From Rhizophagus irregularis (taxonomy: Eukaryota), in assembly GCF_026210795.1 (NCBI RefSeq), contig NC_089436.1, forward strand, positions 372,001-436,000: a stretch of 64,000 nt of DNA, in the 5' to 3' direction. Positions 26,179-40,100 of the stretch are shown here, in pieces. A program made the position numbers and the translations under genes. Position 1 is the stretch's first letter. The number at the start of each line of letters is the position of its first letter. Under the pieces are notes generated by a model that saw only the letters and a program-made list of their open reading frames with translations, was not told the DNA's origin and made no database searches.

Positions 26179-28367
26179 CAGAAGTGTGATTAACATGTTT
26201 ATTTCATTATTTTGGCTTATTTTATAATCCTATATCGAAAATTGTGTTTATCTGTTATTGGGCCTTTATGAAGTTATGGTATTTTGTGAAGGAGTTGAAC
26301 TATGGTACTTTACAATAAAAAAATGTATTTTATATTTTTTATATTAGGTCTAAAAAGTTTTAACTTACAGTGGTATTCGCTTAATACAAATGTTAAAACA
26401 AAGAAAATTACATCATATTATAAAAGAAAAATTATATGTTTCTCACACCGGACAATTACAAAAATTTTTTATTAAATAAATAATTTAATTCTATTTAACA
26501 TTCTGATAAATAAGGCGTTAACGCCTCCTTGATGCTTAATATTGATGATTTCTGTAATTTACATCAGTCCTACTTTATTTCACAAATTTTACGTATGGCA
26601 ATATTACTTATTAATAATATTGTTACACCCAATCACAAACTCTAATATTCATAATCTTCATGGAAAAAATTTAATTTTACAAACATTGTGATATTGACGA
26701 CCTTAAATTGATTAATTTTCTACTACAAAATTTAAAACTCTAATAATTAGTTATCGACGCTAAATATAATTAATTTAAAAAATAATTTATTATAATTAAT
26801 TAATTATTTTTTTTTAAGTTTTGTGGAAGTTCAAAATTATCTCAAAATTTTTTAATACCTGTACCTACAGATTTTCCGGAACAACTATACATTAGACGAT
26901 TTAGACGTGCTATTATAATCAAAGCTAAAATTAAGAGATTTATCATGAATTCCAAATATGGTTACACATCTCAACCCTTACATATCTCACCTAATACTCA
27001 TGAAAACTGCTTTTTGGTATTTTGAAGTTTTACTTTACAAAGCTGTTTTTTAGGAAAAAGAAATTTAGCAGCGAAACCATGCCTTTGCTACTGAAATTAA
27101 TTAGAAAACAAGTTATTACATGTTTTAGTAAATGCAAAGATTTGGCAAATTGCACTTTTTTTTAACTTATTAAATACGACATAGCGGCGGATTTATGAAA
27201 TTTGGCAAAAAACCCTGCTGCGCCTTCGGGAATTAGAATTGACTTACTGAAGCATGTGATATCGATAATCGATTAAGCCTTTCCCAAAAAAAATGTTAAA
27301 TAATGACACGCCTTTAACACTGAAAAAATTGATTAGACGCAAGATTTGGGGTACAAAAAATTTTTTTGGGGCTCATTTTTGACTGTTCACTAATAAATTT
27401 GGGGACTTAAATAAAATTTGGTGACTAAAATATTACATAACGGAGATATTTATAAATCCGCCGTCCACCGTGATGAAGTTTAATACATCACTTTATCAGA
27501 ATAATCATTTTGAGCAATTTTCGATTATGGACAATAATGTGCTGATTCCAAAGAAAAAATTATGATAAAATTATGCTTACATTTTTATCAGACATTCAAT
27601 ATTGGAATAAATCAATCATCCTATTCTTTCAACACTTAAAACTCATCTCAATGTTTTGATGGAAAACTTTTACAATTTTATTAAAAGACAAATTAGTTAA
27701 GACATGATGGAATATTTATTGATCATCGACATTATGATAATGATTTTACCTAAATTTCTAGAATCAAAAGATTATTCTTGATTTAAAAGTTAATTGCGAA
27801 AAGTACTGCTATTTTTTATTACTATTTTTCAATAATCTTTTCAAAATCATGGAAAATTTGAAGGAAAATTTGACTGAAAATCCTTATTGGTATTTCTTGA
27901 GTATTTCAAAAGGATTTTTTAAAGAAGCCCTATCATTGGGATACCATTCATACGGATCACCTCAGCCTGACCATTTTGTGATGCTGATGCAATTATAATT
28001 TCTTTAATGCCGTAATGCCGGCTAAAATCACATCGCCTTAGACGATTCCAAACCAAGCAGAATTCTGGCCAAATTTAATAGAGGTAATATATGTCACGTG
28101 ATTCGGAATGGAATAATATCAATATCGGGCCGTAGTCCGCCGTACGATAAAAATTGAATTGGTCAGCAGGAATAATTTTACGCATGTAAAAGTACTTAAT
28201 AACTAATATTTTAAGTTAATTTATTTACAGAAAAAAAATATACAAAATATTATACAAAATACAAAATGAAAAAAAATGTTTTTTTTTATAAATATAAAAA
28301 TAGAAATTATAATTCAACACTTTCTATTTATTCTTTACCTGTTTTAGTAAGTTGATTTAAAAAAATT

Positions 28368-29969
28368 TTACGATTTTGATTTTATTATTTTCAATTTTAC
28401 TAAAATTCTAATTAAAATGGATTTTTGTTTTTTTCTTGGCGTAGCCGCTGTTGGTGATATATTCGAGTTCAATTGACTATTAGAGATCGATTGATTAGTT
28501 TGGTTAATAGAAATTTGATCTATCTTTGTAAGCTCTGGATTTTTTCGCTCATTTTCAGCATGTTGAAAAGAATTATAAATTATAACCAAATGTTTCCTTT
28601 TACTATGAATCCAATCATCTAACATTGAAATAAGATAGTTGGCGGTTGGCCTTTTTCTCGGGTCAGAATCCCAACAAGATTCCATAAGTTGAATATAAAC
28701 AACGGGAGTAGAATGTGGGCGGCCGGGTCGAGATCCTTGAATAATATTATTAGGGTTGATATCTTCATGGTAAAATGGGATTTTTCCACTAGCAATTTCG
28801 TACATGATTATTCCAAAACTATATATATCAGATGCAAAAGAATATTGACCACCAGATAGGATTTCAGGGGCCATATATGGTAATACTCCATATAGTTTAC
28901 CACTTGAACCTTGACGCCATGTAAGTCCAAAATCACTTATCATTGTCCTATTTTTATGTCTCAAAATATTGCCTATATGCAAATCACGATGAACATAACC
29001 AGAGTTATGAATAATTTCTAGACCCATAGCAATATCTTTAAGTGTAATTAAACGTTCAATCCATGAAAAATTTTCAAAATTTTGATAAATGTATTGTCGT
29101 AAATTCCCATAGTTAGCGTACGATGTCACAATGATAAAGTCTCCTGAACCTTCCCAACGTGAAATTCCAAAACAACGAAGTATATGTCCAACTATCGTAT
29201 GAAATTTGTGATGAACTATAAGCTATATGACAAAATTATAAAGAATTAATATTTAAATAAGAGCGAGAAAATATCCATAACCAAAACTTACCATATTAAT
29301 AAATTCATTTAAATTTTTTTGAGATCCTTTTATTACTTTTAACACTACTTCATAATTACCAAGGCGTTTCCAGTTATTAATATTAGTATCCCAACAAATA
29401 ATTGGACCTTGTTTCCATATAGCTTTATAAACAACGTTACATCCACCTTTCGCCAAATATTTAATATTATCAAAATTCATAAAAGGAATCCATTCAAAAA
29501 AGCTATGAACATTATTTGCAGTAACTTGTGTTTTAGTAATAAAATTATCTAAATCAGGACTCCAACTTGTCCATTTCGGGATTTGTCTACGAAAATGTTC
29601 TGCATTACAAGGACGGCACCATTTCTTTTCATTAAATAACTTTCTGCATTCCGGACACAATTCTGAAGAATGTTTTTGTAACTGTAGTATTTCATCATTT
29701 ATCACCTCTCGTTCATCCCAAGATTTTATTTTTTTATGATAATATGAAAAAGATTTGATGGACTCATTTTTCAAGGAACTATTATCATGTAGAGAGCTAG
29801 TTGTCGACCTAGAATAGCGCTCCGAGACAGATCTAGGATGATTTGTTGAAGTTTGTCTTGGAGGGTATGATGATTGTGATTGTGAAGATGGTATTCGTGC
29901 ACGTGAATGTTGATAATATTTAGTATTTTTATACTCTGGTATCATTGAGCCATTAAAACCTAAATTCAT
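28368..29969 (-). CDS. TKL-family protein kinase with Ser-rich N-terminal extension, 2 exons
   Basis: Exon 1 is 29969-29292, intron 29291-29223, exon 2 is 29222-28368; they join in frame as FINM|LIVHHKFH..ILRCFGISR. Motifs AKGGCN, VVLK, HRDLHIGN, DFG, YMAPE, DIYSFG. Confidence 0.9.
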
Positions 29970-32678
29970 TTTTCAAGCGTTAGGACTTATAAAGTGAAGA
30001 GAATTTAATAAACCAAAAAAAAAAAATAATTATGCGGAATTTATAGTCCGTGTGTAGCACAATTGGTCGGATGATTAACTAATTATGGTATATCAATAAA
30101 ATTAATACGTTTCGTATAACAAAGTTCTCCTATATGAAACAAATGAAACAAAATACCTTGTTTTAGAATGATCTGCTTTGTGGCGTTTACTTTTTAAATT
30201 TTATGATTGTCAAAATTGGTGATTGGGCCAAAATCCAAGAATATCTCAAAATGAATTCTTATTTGTACATTTATGATTGTAAATAAATATTTGTTGTAAT
30301 ATTTTTTTATGTGGAATCATGATAATCTTTTGTAAACTTTAAAAAGTATCCATATTTTTTTGATTATAGAGATAATATAATAAACAACATATCATTATTC
30401 ACTTTCATAAATTACTTTATTTAAAAATCATACGGAATATATGATTGGCTAAATCAACAAATATGACCAATCGTATAATTATGTATGATTATAATAACCA
30501 TTTAATACCTAATTTATAGATAGTTTTTTAAATACAATTAATTAAATATATATATAATAGTTACTAAAAAATACTTAATTATTAGAATAGAATTTTAAAT
30601 ATAATGAATTTTTTAAACTATTAAAAAGTAAAATTTTTTTTAAAAAAAATTCAATATTAAAAAAATTATAAATGTATTTTTTTATACTGTATAAATTAGA
30701 TAACCCATTGAAATTAACGTTAACGGAAATCATTGTATTAGTTGAAAGTTCGTCTTGCGCCCATTTCCTTTTAAGGATGAAGAACCGAAAGACCACACTT
30801 CTTAAGAGTGATATTGCAAGATTATTTGGAGAAATAAGCCCAGATATCTTACGACTTACGCATTCTATATAAATTCAATAAACCAATTAAGGTCTCTCCA
30901 ATTTGATTGTTTGTTGAATTTATGAAGAGTTTGAGGTCTACAATAAAACAAACAAACATAATATAACTTTTGGGAAAATTCGGAAAATTCTGGAAAATCG
31001 TAATTTCCCATAACGTGATACTTACTTGATCTTATTTATTATTATATGTTTAATAGAATCCAGATTTTTGAAAAAGAGGGGAGGGGTGCGTTAAACAAAT
31101 AATTAAGGAGCGGCCTAATGACATTTTTGATATTCTACTGTAAAAATGTGTTGAAATAAATATAAGTGAAATCTTTACAAGTATTTTTTTGTGATAGACT
31201 ATTTTTTTTTTATTTTTGCTTTAAAAAGTAAGACAAATCATATACATCCACAAGTTGATACAAATATTGATATCATCTATACCTTTTATATGAGAAGCTT
31301 GTGCAACAAAAAAAGATATTTATACAGTCCTTTTTCTTTTTTTTTTTATAATTAATTTAGTAAGGGGTACCTTAGAGACTAAACGCAGTGATTGATGGTT
31401 CATAAATTTAAAAATAACCCATTTAACTTTATAAATATAATATAAAAATTCATGATGATATAACCATAAATTATACTTATTTTTTTTTACAAGTCATGCA
31501 ATATTTTTCTCTAATATTAAAATACTCAAAGAACAGGCCAATAGCGGATGAATTAGTAGAAGTACTGTATGTCGCAGAGTACCATGGTACATATGGTACA
31601 CGATTCAAAATAGCCTTAGATATTGTGAAAATTGCTAGGGTTAGAACCTATTAGCTCTATCATGTCCTTACTAACAAGGAAAAAATAAATTTTAATGTAA
31701 TAATTAGAATCGAAAGAACATATAGATGAATTGGATTAAAATTTTTATACAAATTATAGTATCAAAATTTTAGATCCAGGATATGAATTAAATAAATATT
31801 TCACAACAAAGAATTTTACCAGAAGCAGTTCCCACCTCTACCTGGACTTCCGTCTGATTGTGCCTTCTCATTCGATAATACGGGAGAATTTCAACCACAT
31901 CAAAATTTAAACAGTCCCAATGGCAATTGGGCAAAATAATGCAATTATGCCAGATCTTGGACGGGTCTAGTGTAATTAAATGGCACGTTCATATAATGTT
32001 CAATGGAATTGGGCGATGATGGATGAGTTAGTTTACCTGCACCTGCATACAATATCAATACTTACTTATATCCAATGGTCATAAAATACATATAACTTGC
32101 AATCTGAGACATATGATGCAAAAGCAAAGCACAAAATTTACACAAAAATTTAGTAAATAATCAAAGATTAATTTCCAAAGATAGATTAATCAGATTGTCT
32201 AAATTATATAAAATTCAGAAACGTTACAATGAAACGAAGAAAATTGGATAATTAATCTCATTCTTTAAAATTTTAAACTTTACTTTCGTATCCCCATTCC
32301 TTTTCGTCTTCCCTTTCCTTTTGTATTAAGTAGTAAAATATCGTATTGTTAGCTTTATAAGATGAGAGGATTTCTCGTTAGATTTTATAAGTTAAAATTA
32401 GTCTTCATTCTTCAAATTATTTAAATAAGATAGTGTACGACGGATTTTTTTTTTCTTGTGGACTATTAAGTGTACGACAAAAGTAAAAAAAAAGCTAATT
32501 TTTGATAATTCTGGTCAGGAAATTATTTCCTTTTTTAGATAATGGCTGGAATTATTATAATTCCGCCCTGCTAGTATACATACGATCCAAATTTTTTGGG
32601 TTAAAGAATAATTTATTAAAAAAATATAATATACTGTATATATATATATATATGGATAATAAAATTAAATAATATATA

Positions 32679-34145
32679 TTAATATAAATAATGATTATTT
32701 TCATATCTTGTAATTTTAAAATTCTTTATAAATCCCAAATTCATATACCTTTCAATTATTTTCATATTTTTATCATTTTCTTCTAAACTAAGACTTTCAT
32801 AATCTTTAATTATAATTAATGAAAGTAATTTTTTTGAATTACGAATATTCCAATTTATGAAAAAATTTTCCAATTCTTTTGAAAATAATTTTGATTGAGC
32901 ATTAAATACATAATACATTTCTAATCTATAAAAATTTTTTGGGGAATAATTTGTTAAAATATCTAAAAATTCAATCTCATTTAAATATCTATAACCACGC
33001 CAAAAATTAATATTTTCTAAATATTGACAATTATTTAAAATAGTTTTTAATGTTTCTGGTTCATTAATAATAAATTTTGTAAATAAAGTTTTAAGATTAG
33101 GACAAAATTTTGCTATAGCTAAATTTAATGAATTATTTTCATCTCTTATATATAATTCTTTTAAATTTTTTCCGTTAATTTCTAAAAATTTAATTAATTT
33201 TTCAACTTCTAAAAATGTATAAAATTTTAAAACTTTTAATTTTGGAAAAATAACATGTTGTAATTGATTAAAATAATTACATCCACCATAATAATCAGAA
33301 GATAAAATAAGTTCTTGTAAATTATTGAAATCAGATATAAATAATAATGGCATATATGATTTCCTTATTTTTAATTTAATTAAAGTAGAAGAAAATTTTT
33401 TAAATGTATTTAAAACTTTTTTTCCATTATTTGTAGTAGTATAATAATTTTGTAATATCACATTTTTTAGATTCTTTTGTGAAGAAATTAATTCTGCTAA
33501 ACCATTTGAAGTATCATTTCCAAATGTTATATTTAATGTTTGTATATTATGACATATTCGAGATATTTGATAAAAAAATTTTGAATCAATATCTGAACTA
33601 CAATTAAATTCCGTAAGATTATTTAAACATTTTTTTGCTCCAGGAAAATTATCAAATATTATATCTTTTGAATATCCAGAATAACAATCCAAAGATTTTA
33701 ATGATGAAACTTGTGTCATAAACATTTTTAATATCTCTTGTGATAATAATTTTTTATGATAATTTGAAGTAATAGAATGTTGTTTTCTAAGTATAAGTTG
33801 TATCATCTGATCAATTCCATGAATAGAAAGAACTCTACAAAATGATGCATAATTAAATAAAGAAGATTTTCTATTTTTAAAATCAATTCCCTTCTCATAT
33901 AAATGTTCTTTTGATTCTTTAGGTAGACAAGAAATTAAAGTATTAATAATTGACATTAATATACGTATTTGATATGGCATATAAAATAATCCATATTGAA
34001 AATTCCAAATATTCCTCCATAAAATTCTAACTGCAACTTCACACCAAAGGCGATTAACTAATAAACATGAATAAAGAGTGTTTTTATCTTGTTCAATATA
34101 TTCAAATATTTCGTTAAGACAATCAGCAGGAAGTTGACGGGGCAT
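32679..34145 (-). CDS. F-box / leucine-rich-repeat (RNI-like) protein, single exon
   Basis: 488-aa ORF. N-terminal F-box-like LPADCLNEIFEYI..TLYSCLLVNRLWCEVAVRILW followed by LxxLxL repeats (LKSLDC, LQELIL, LKVLKF, LKELYI, CPNLKTL). Confidence 0.9.
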   Translation of the reverse strand: MPRQLPADCLNEIFEYIEQDKNTLYSCLLVNRLWCEVAVRILWRNIWNFQYGLFYMPYQIRILMSIINTLISCLPKESKEHLYEKGIDFKNRKSSLFNYASFCRVLSIHGIDQMIQLILRKQHSITSNYHKKLLSQEILKMFMTQVSSLKSLDCYSGYSKDIIFDNFPGAKKCLNNLTEFNCSSDIDSKFFYQISRICHNIQTLNITFGNDTSNGLAELISSQKNLKNVILQNYYTTTNNGKKVLNTFKKFSSTLIKLKIRKSYMPLLFISDFNNLQELILSSDYYGGCNYFNQLQHVIFPKLKVLKFYTFLEVEKLIKFLEINGKNLKELYIRDENNSLNLAIAKFCPNLKTLFTKFIINEPETLKTILNNCQYLENINFWRGYRYLNEIEFLDILTNYSPKNFYRLEMYYVFNAQSKLFSKELENFFINWNIRNSKKLLSLIIIKDYESLSLEENDKNMKIIERYMNLGFIKNFKITRYENNHYLY

Positions 34146-37100
34146 TGTAAATTATTTTTTTTTTTATTTTTTTTTAATTTTTTTATTTTTTTTCAAAAAA
34201 AATTTTTTTCATCGTTAGCGCTTTTTTCTTAAATTAACAAATGTAGCTGCAAAGCCCGAATACTTAAATTGGTAATTTGGGCTAAATGGTGACGAATTGT
34301 TTTGTAGCACTTAAGGGTAAATTATTGACTCTGGAATGATCTGCATCAATCAGAACCCGGCTTTAAACAATAGCTTGAAAATGGAACAATGACCGAACTT
34401 GGCCAATACTAGTTTACCCCAGATTTGTGATATCCAGAAATGCAGGTACCACTTTCATATGTTGTTTGGTAATACCTGTTTACGGGTTTCGGCAAAATGA
34501 TATAATTATAACTAATTATAACTGATACCTTGATAGGTTATTTGTTACATGTACGTCATTATACTTTCTTCATTGGTACTATCAGTTTACCGGTTTTTTT
34601 CACGTTGAAAGTTGTACGTAAATAATTAAATATACAAGTATTATACTAGTATTATATAATTTGCCAATCGATAAATCCACGATTTCACGGTAAATAAATT
34701 ATACTTTTCCGGAAGCTGTAACCAAAAATTAGTAAATCGGATCCGGGTCGACTCCGAAACTGATTCTATTTATCATATTCCGAGTTTATCGAACTTGTGA
34801 TCATTTTAATCATATTAAAAAGACGGAAGTCGAAGTCGACTCCGAACCACCTAAAACGAGTCGGCTCATCATTATAATAAATTAAAGAAACTAAACCGTT
34901 GTAGACCGAATTTGTTTAATAACCAATAAAAGAATTTTTAATTTATCAACATCGCTTGTTCTATTTATATAATGTAAATTTGAGGCTCCTAGCTTTAATT
35001 AATTTACCTTGGAAAGGGCCAAGCGAGATCGAAGTGGGACCGAAACGGGTCCGAGTGTGTCGTCCCCATCCTAAATCTATTATCGTTTTTTTGAGTTTAA
35101 TTAATTTTACTAAACTAGTGAAACTCATACGTGTATATACAGTAATTGCTATAAGTAAATTATGTCTTTTCAGTTTATTTTAATTACTTAACGATCTGAA
35201 ATTTTCAATTTTCATTGTTTTTTTTTATACTGTAACGCACACAGCAGATACAAAAAAAAAACGTCAATATATTAAATTCCAAGTTGTAAATTTACATTTT
35301 AGTATTATTTAATAAAGTGAGTTTGGGAATCGAGTATATTCGAATACACTGAATACACTCAAATTCGAATATACTTAGTTAAATTTCCTTTTATAGTAAT
35401 AATTTACATAAGTTTGGCCTGAATTATGATTTAATTCAGTCAAATTTAGGAAACCAAGTTTATACTATACTTGGTTAAACGAATACTGGTTTTAACCCTC
35501 ATGTATTTTACTTGATTCATAATTTCATATGATTTTCAGAATCCCTTAAAACCATCATATGATTATCAAGGAATATTTCAATTGATTGTCGAAACTTCAA
35601 AGTATATTTTACGCCCACGGCCAGGGGAATGTCCTGCAGCATTTGGATAATCAGGATTGAATCACAATTTTACCATAAAGCCTTTTATTATACTTATTTT
35701 GACTAATAATGATACTATTTATTCCAATATACCCATTTTTTAAATAGTGAGAATATCAAGAAAAAAAAATCAAGAATTTTAACTGGATAAAATAAAAATA
35801 TTTTACAAATAAAATACTGCATATTATTATCTTTGAAAGGAATAGCTGATAGATGTAAACAAAAGAACATTCTATTCCGGATTTGGCGTGGTGATCAACA
35901 AATCAAGTAGTGTCGGTCATTTAGTCGCTTGTGGACCGTCTCCCGACAGGAGTCACAGGACATTTTCCCGACAGCCTAACGCTGGCCACCTTGATCACGT
36001 GTTCGTGCATAACACTGAATACTCTGGCCAAACCTGTCGGGCAAATCATCTGTCGGGAAATCTTGCAGTAACCCATTTAGGATATATATCAAAATTTATT
36101 GAAACCCCAATATATTCAACAATAGTAATAAACTTTATTCAGAATTCTGCAAAATAATAATGCAGAGCTAACTATACACAATTCACAATGTTTGGAATCG
36201 TGTAACAGTTATTCGCGAGCGAACGTCTATTGACTCATTATTTTATATTCAAATATACCATAAACTAAACGTGACAATAAAGCAAATTTTAATAAATATT
36301 TATTTCCAATAATTTATTTTAAGCATATTTACATCCTTTGTTCAGCGAGAATAATATATAGTCAAATGTCTCTTTATGTATATCCCTCGCACATTGGTCT
36401 CAATGTTAAAAAGTAATTCAATGATAAAAAGTAATGTTTGTGTTATTTTTTTGTATAACAAAATTATAAACTTTGGTCCGACTAGTCCTGTACGTTTTTT
36501 TATAATAAATCCTATGCATTGCCTTTTTCTTAGGCATTATTTTATTCTAATTTTAGATTTCGTTAATTTTTCATTTTTCTATACTGTACATATTAATTAA
36601 TCGAACAATTCTTTCAGTTATCAATATTAGTGATTAAAAGCGAACTAGTTTTTATAACTTTATGAAGAAAAAGTAAAGTTGTAATTATTATATCCTTATA
36701 GTTTAAGAATAATACTTTGATTAATATGTAAATATATATAATAATGTAATTGAACAATATAAAAATGACCTAAATCCACCAAATCCACCGAATATTTGTT
36801 GAATCTGAACGCCTGCAACGAGTCACATATGAGCATAATAAAAACATAAAGGGCAGGTTCCATAATTTCGTTCGCTTCTCAATTAGTTAAACCCATTTCT
36901 TTATTTGAAAAAAAAAAATATTCAACGGCAATACTAGTAGATGGCAGGTTCATTGAATTATTTTGTAGAGAAAATGATGAATAAAAGTTATATTTGAAGC
37001 ATTTTTAGATCATTAAATGGAGGAGAAGTATAGATGTAAAAAAATTGACATAGTAGCTGTCATTTATTCTCTGCTACGATAAACAATGACATTAACGCAA

Positions 37101-40100
37101 TATAACTCAATATAACTATAATACATATAATACATAATATACATGTAGTATATTAAATATTAAATATGTTGAAATAAATTAAATATAAAAATACCATGAA
37201 AAATGAATTTGACATGAATAGTCATAAATCTAAAAGCAGTTTTTTTAAACATAATATGTATGTTTTATATAACATTTTTACTATATATCATACTATAATT
37301 TTTATAACTTAAAACATTTTAACAAAAAAAAATGTTGCGAAAACGTTTTTTTTATCATACTGCATATTTAAAATATTTTTACAACATCAGATCATCAATA
37401 TTAGTTATAGAATATAAAAAAAAAATAATTTAGAAATCTTTTAAATAGCTTGGAAAATCATGGTGAATAAACGGTCAATAATAAACGAAACTTTTGCTAT
37501 TATCATATAGAAAAAAGTATATATACTAATAATGTGATAGCTAGCCATCCCTTTATTAAATAAATCCAATAAATCCAGTACCTTCTCCTTGATGTGATAA
37601 CTACTGTAATGTTATACAATAATAATACCAATCAATTTTAAAATTATTATTTTAATTATATAATATATATTAAAAAAAAATTATAAGAAAAAGTTATAAA
37701 AAACATAGATAATTATATATATTGCATTATATTTTACAAAATAATATTTGTAACAATTACTAGTTTACAACTTATAAATTCCTCTATTTCTACGATAGAA
37801 CAAACTTTAAACAATCCATGATATTTTTTACAAAGATAAAACTTTCAAGATCCAAACTTATTTCTTGAAAAAATCATTGTTCAAAATTTTAGCATAGCAC
37901 AGATTTTAATATTATAAGTATTTTTTTTTTTTGAAAGTCATTACCATTCAAATTTTAAAATTCTACATAATTATAATATTGAGTAAACTTATTAATAATA
38001 ATAAATTTTATCATCTCCTTGAATATCATATTCTTCTTGAATATATTCTCTTGCATTTTTGAATTAAAAAAACGTTGCGAAACGTTTTTCATTAGTTAAT
38101 TTAATATATTAGAAATTCTTGCAGGAGGAAGTGATAGAAACTTTTTAAATTAAAATAAATAAAAAAAATATCAAAATTATTTTATATACCAAAAATATAT
38201 TAAAACATAGTTTTAGAAATCAATCATATTAGATTACTAGCTTATAGTAGCTTACCATATTCTTTAATATACATCAATAAAAAATATATTAGATAAAGCC
38301 TGATGTTATATGTGATATCTATGATTGATATTTCATAAAAATGACCAAAAAATCTTAATAATTTATATTTAATAATTTCCTATTTCACAACTAGAAAAGT
38401 AATATTGAAATGAGCAAATCTCTACATTCTAAGATATAAAAAAATGTTGATTTTTGCATACTTTACATTTTAAAAAATTCATGAAAAATCTTATAATAAA
38501 TAAAATGCCATCTCAAAGAGTATAGAGTATAATCTCTTATGATAATTTTGTTATTGTATCAAGATCAAATCCTCTCAGTCACATTTCATGGCAACCTTTG
38601 TATGTGTGTATGGAGCTTTATAGTTGATAGATTGTTGGTATATAATAAGTACTGGTAAATAAATAAAATAACCATGTAAAAAATGCATTGTTATAGTTCC
38701 TTGTAAGCCAATTTGATATTGTTCTTACCATAGGCTATTTAGGGAACTGTTGAGTATGTAACTCTTTATAAACAAGGTCACAATGTCATATAGTATCTGT
38801 AATATACAATGAATTTTCTAATGAAGTTCTTTGTTATCAATCAATGTCTTAGATAGAGGGTTTGATGTTATCTGTACAGCTCAGTAAAACAAACACTAAG
38901 TTCATGCTGAGTACATCAATAATATTTTTATATATATAAAGCATACATTTAAAGACATTTTTTCTTTAACCTCAGCAGGAGTCCAGGACTGTATAAATTA
39001 TCAAGAATACCAGCCGATTCATGATTTTTTCCTTATATTAAAGAATTGGATTTAAATATAATGAAATTTCTTTCACTTACATAAGCGAACTGAAAGAAGG
39101 CCTATTTTTTAAAGCAATAATGGTCAGAAAATATATTCATAAATACAATTAATTTTATTCTAGGAGTTAATTAACTACTCAAATACAAAAAAGAACACTA
39201 AGAACACCAAAAATATAATAAAACTTCATAATACTACATGCATGATAAATTATAGGTCTATTTGTAGAAAGTAATTGAACTGAGAGAATGAATGCAAAGC
39301 AATAATAATAAAAGAGCTATTGCAAAGAAAAAATGACAACAATTTTATTTATTTATTTCTTTTTTTTAAAAAAAAAACAAAATACAATAATTTTATGAAA
39401 CTTAATATTATTTGAAAGAGTTTTAAGCTTGTAGAAATTTGAGAATTCAAAATAATATATATTAAATTTTTGGTTAAAATTATTATTATATAGTCATAAT
39501 AGCTAGTAACCACAGAATTTTTGTAAAATGTATAATGACAGAAGAGTGAAAGGACGAGTTGAGTTGACTCTGTGACAGAGAATGAGAATTTCAAATCACA
39601 TTTATAATAATCTTAATGTTAGTGCTACATAGTGTATTATCTAATATTATTTTAATATATAGAAAGAGGTTATTCTGAAATACGATACTTTGCCGAAAAA
39701 TAAGCAAGTTAATGTACAACAAATTTTCTCTAAGCAGCGGAGTCTTATTAACAACGATGTTATCCGAACACCTTCCCTCATTTTACGATCGTCATTTTCA
39801 TAACAACCTATTAGACGAGTTCTGGTTATTATACAATTAATTTAATCAATATATTTATTTGAATAGCTTGATAGCTTGATAGCCTATTGTTTTTAAACGA
39901 ATGTAACATGAGAGATATTTCACATTGGTATTTAATTAAGAGGTTTTACTGAATTTTTATAACAAAAGGTCGGTAATAGAGCTAGTTGTAAAAGATATGG
40001 GCCATAGACCCATGAGCTTAATAATTATAAAAATAGACCAAAATTATAGCCAATGATTAGATTAAATAAAAATTTTACCATTACCCTAATGTAGCTGTCA

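Noticed and set aside
27480..27920. Protein-like fragments (INHPILST, ILPKFLESKDY); also WIEYNRF on the minus strand near 5560-5585
   Set aside because: Too degraded to assign boundaries or a family without a search.
35036..35055. GGACC-GAAACG-GGTCC hairpin as another Helitron end or terminator
   Set aside because: Short stem, no correctly spaced CTRR end and no empty-site support.
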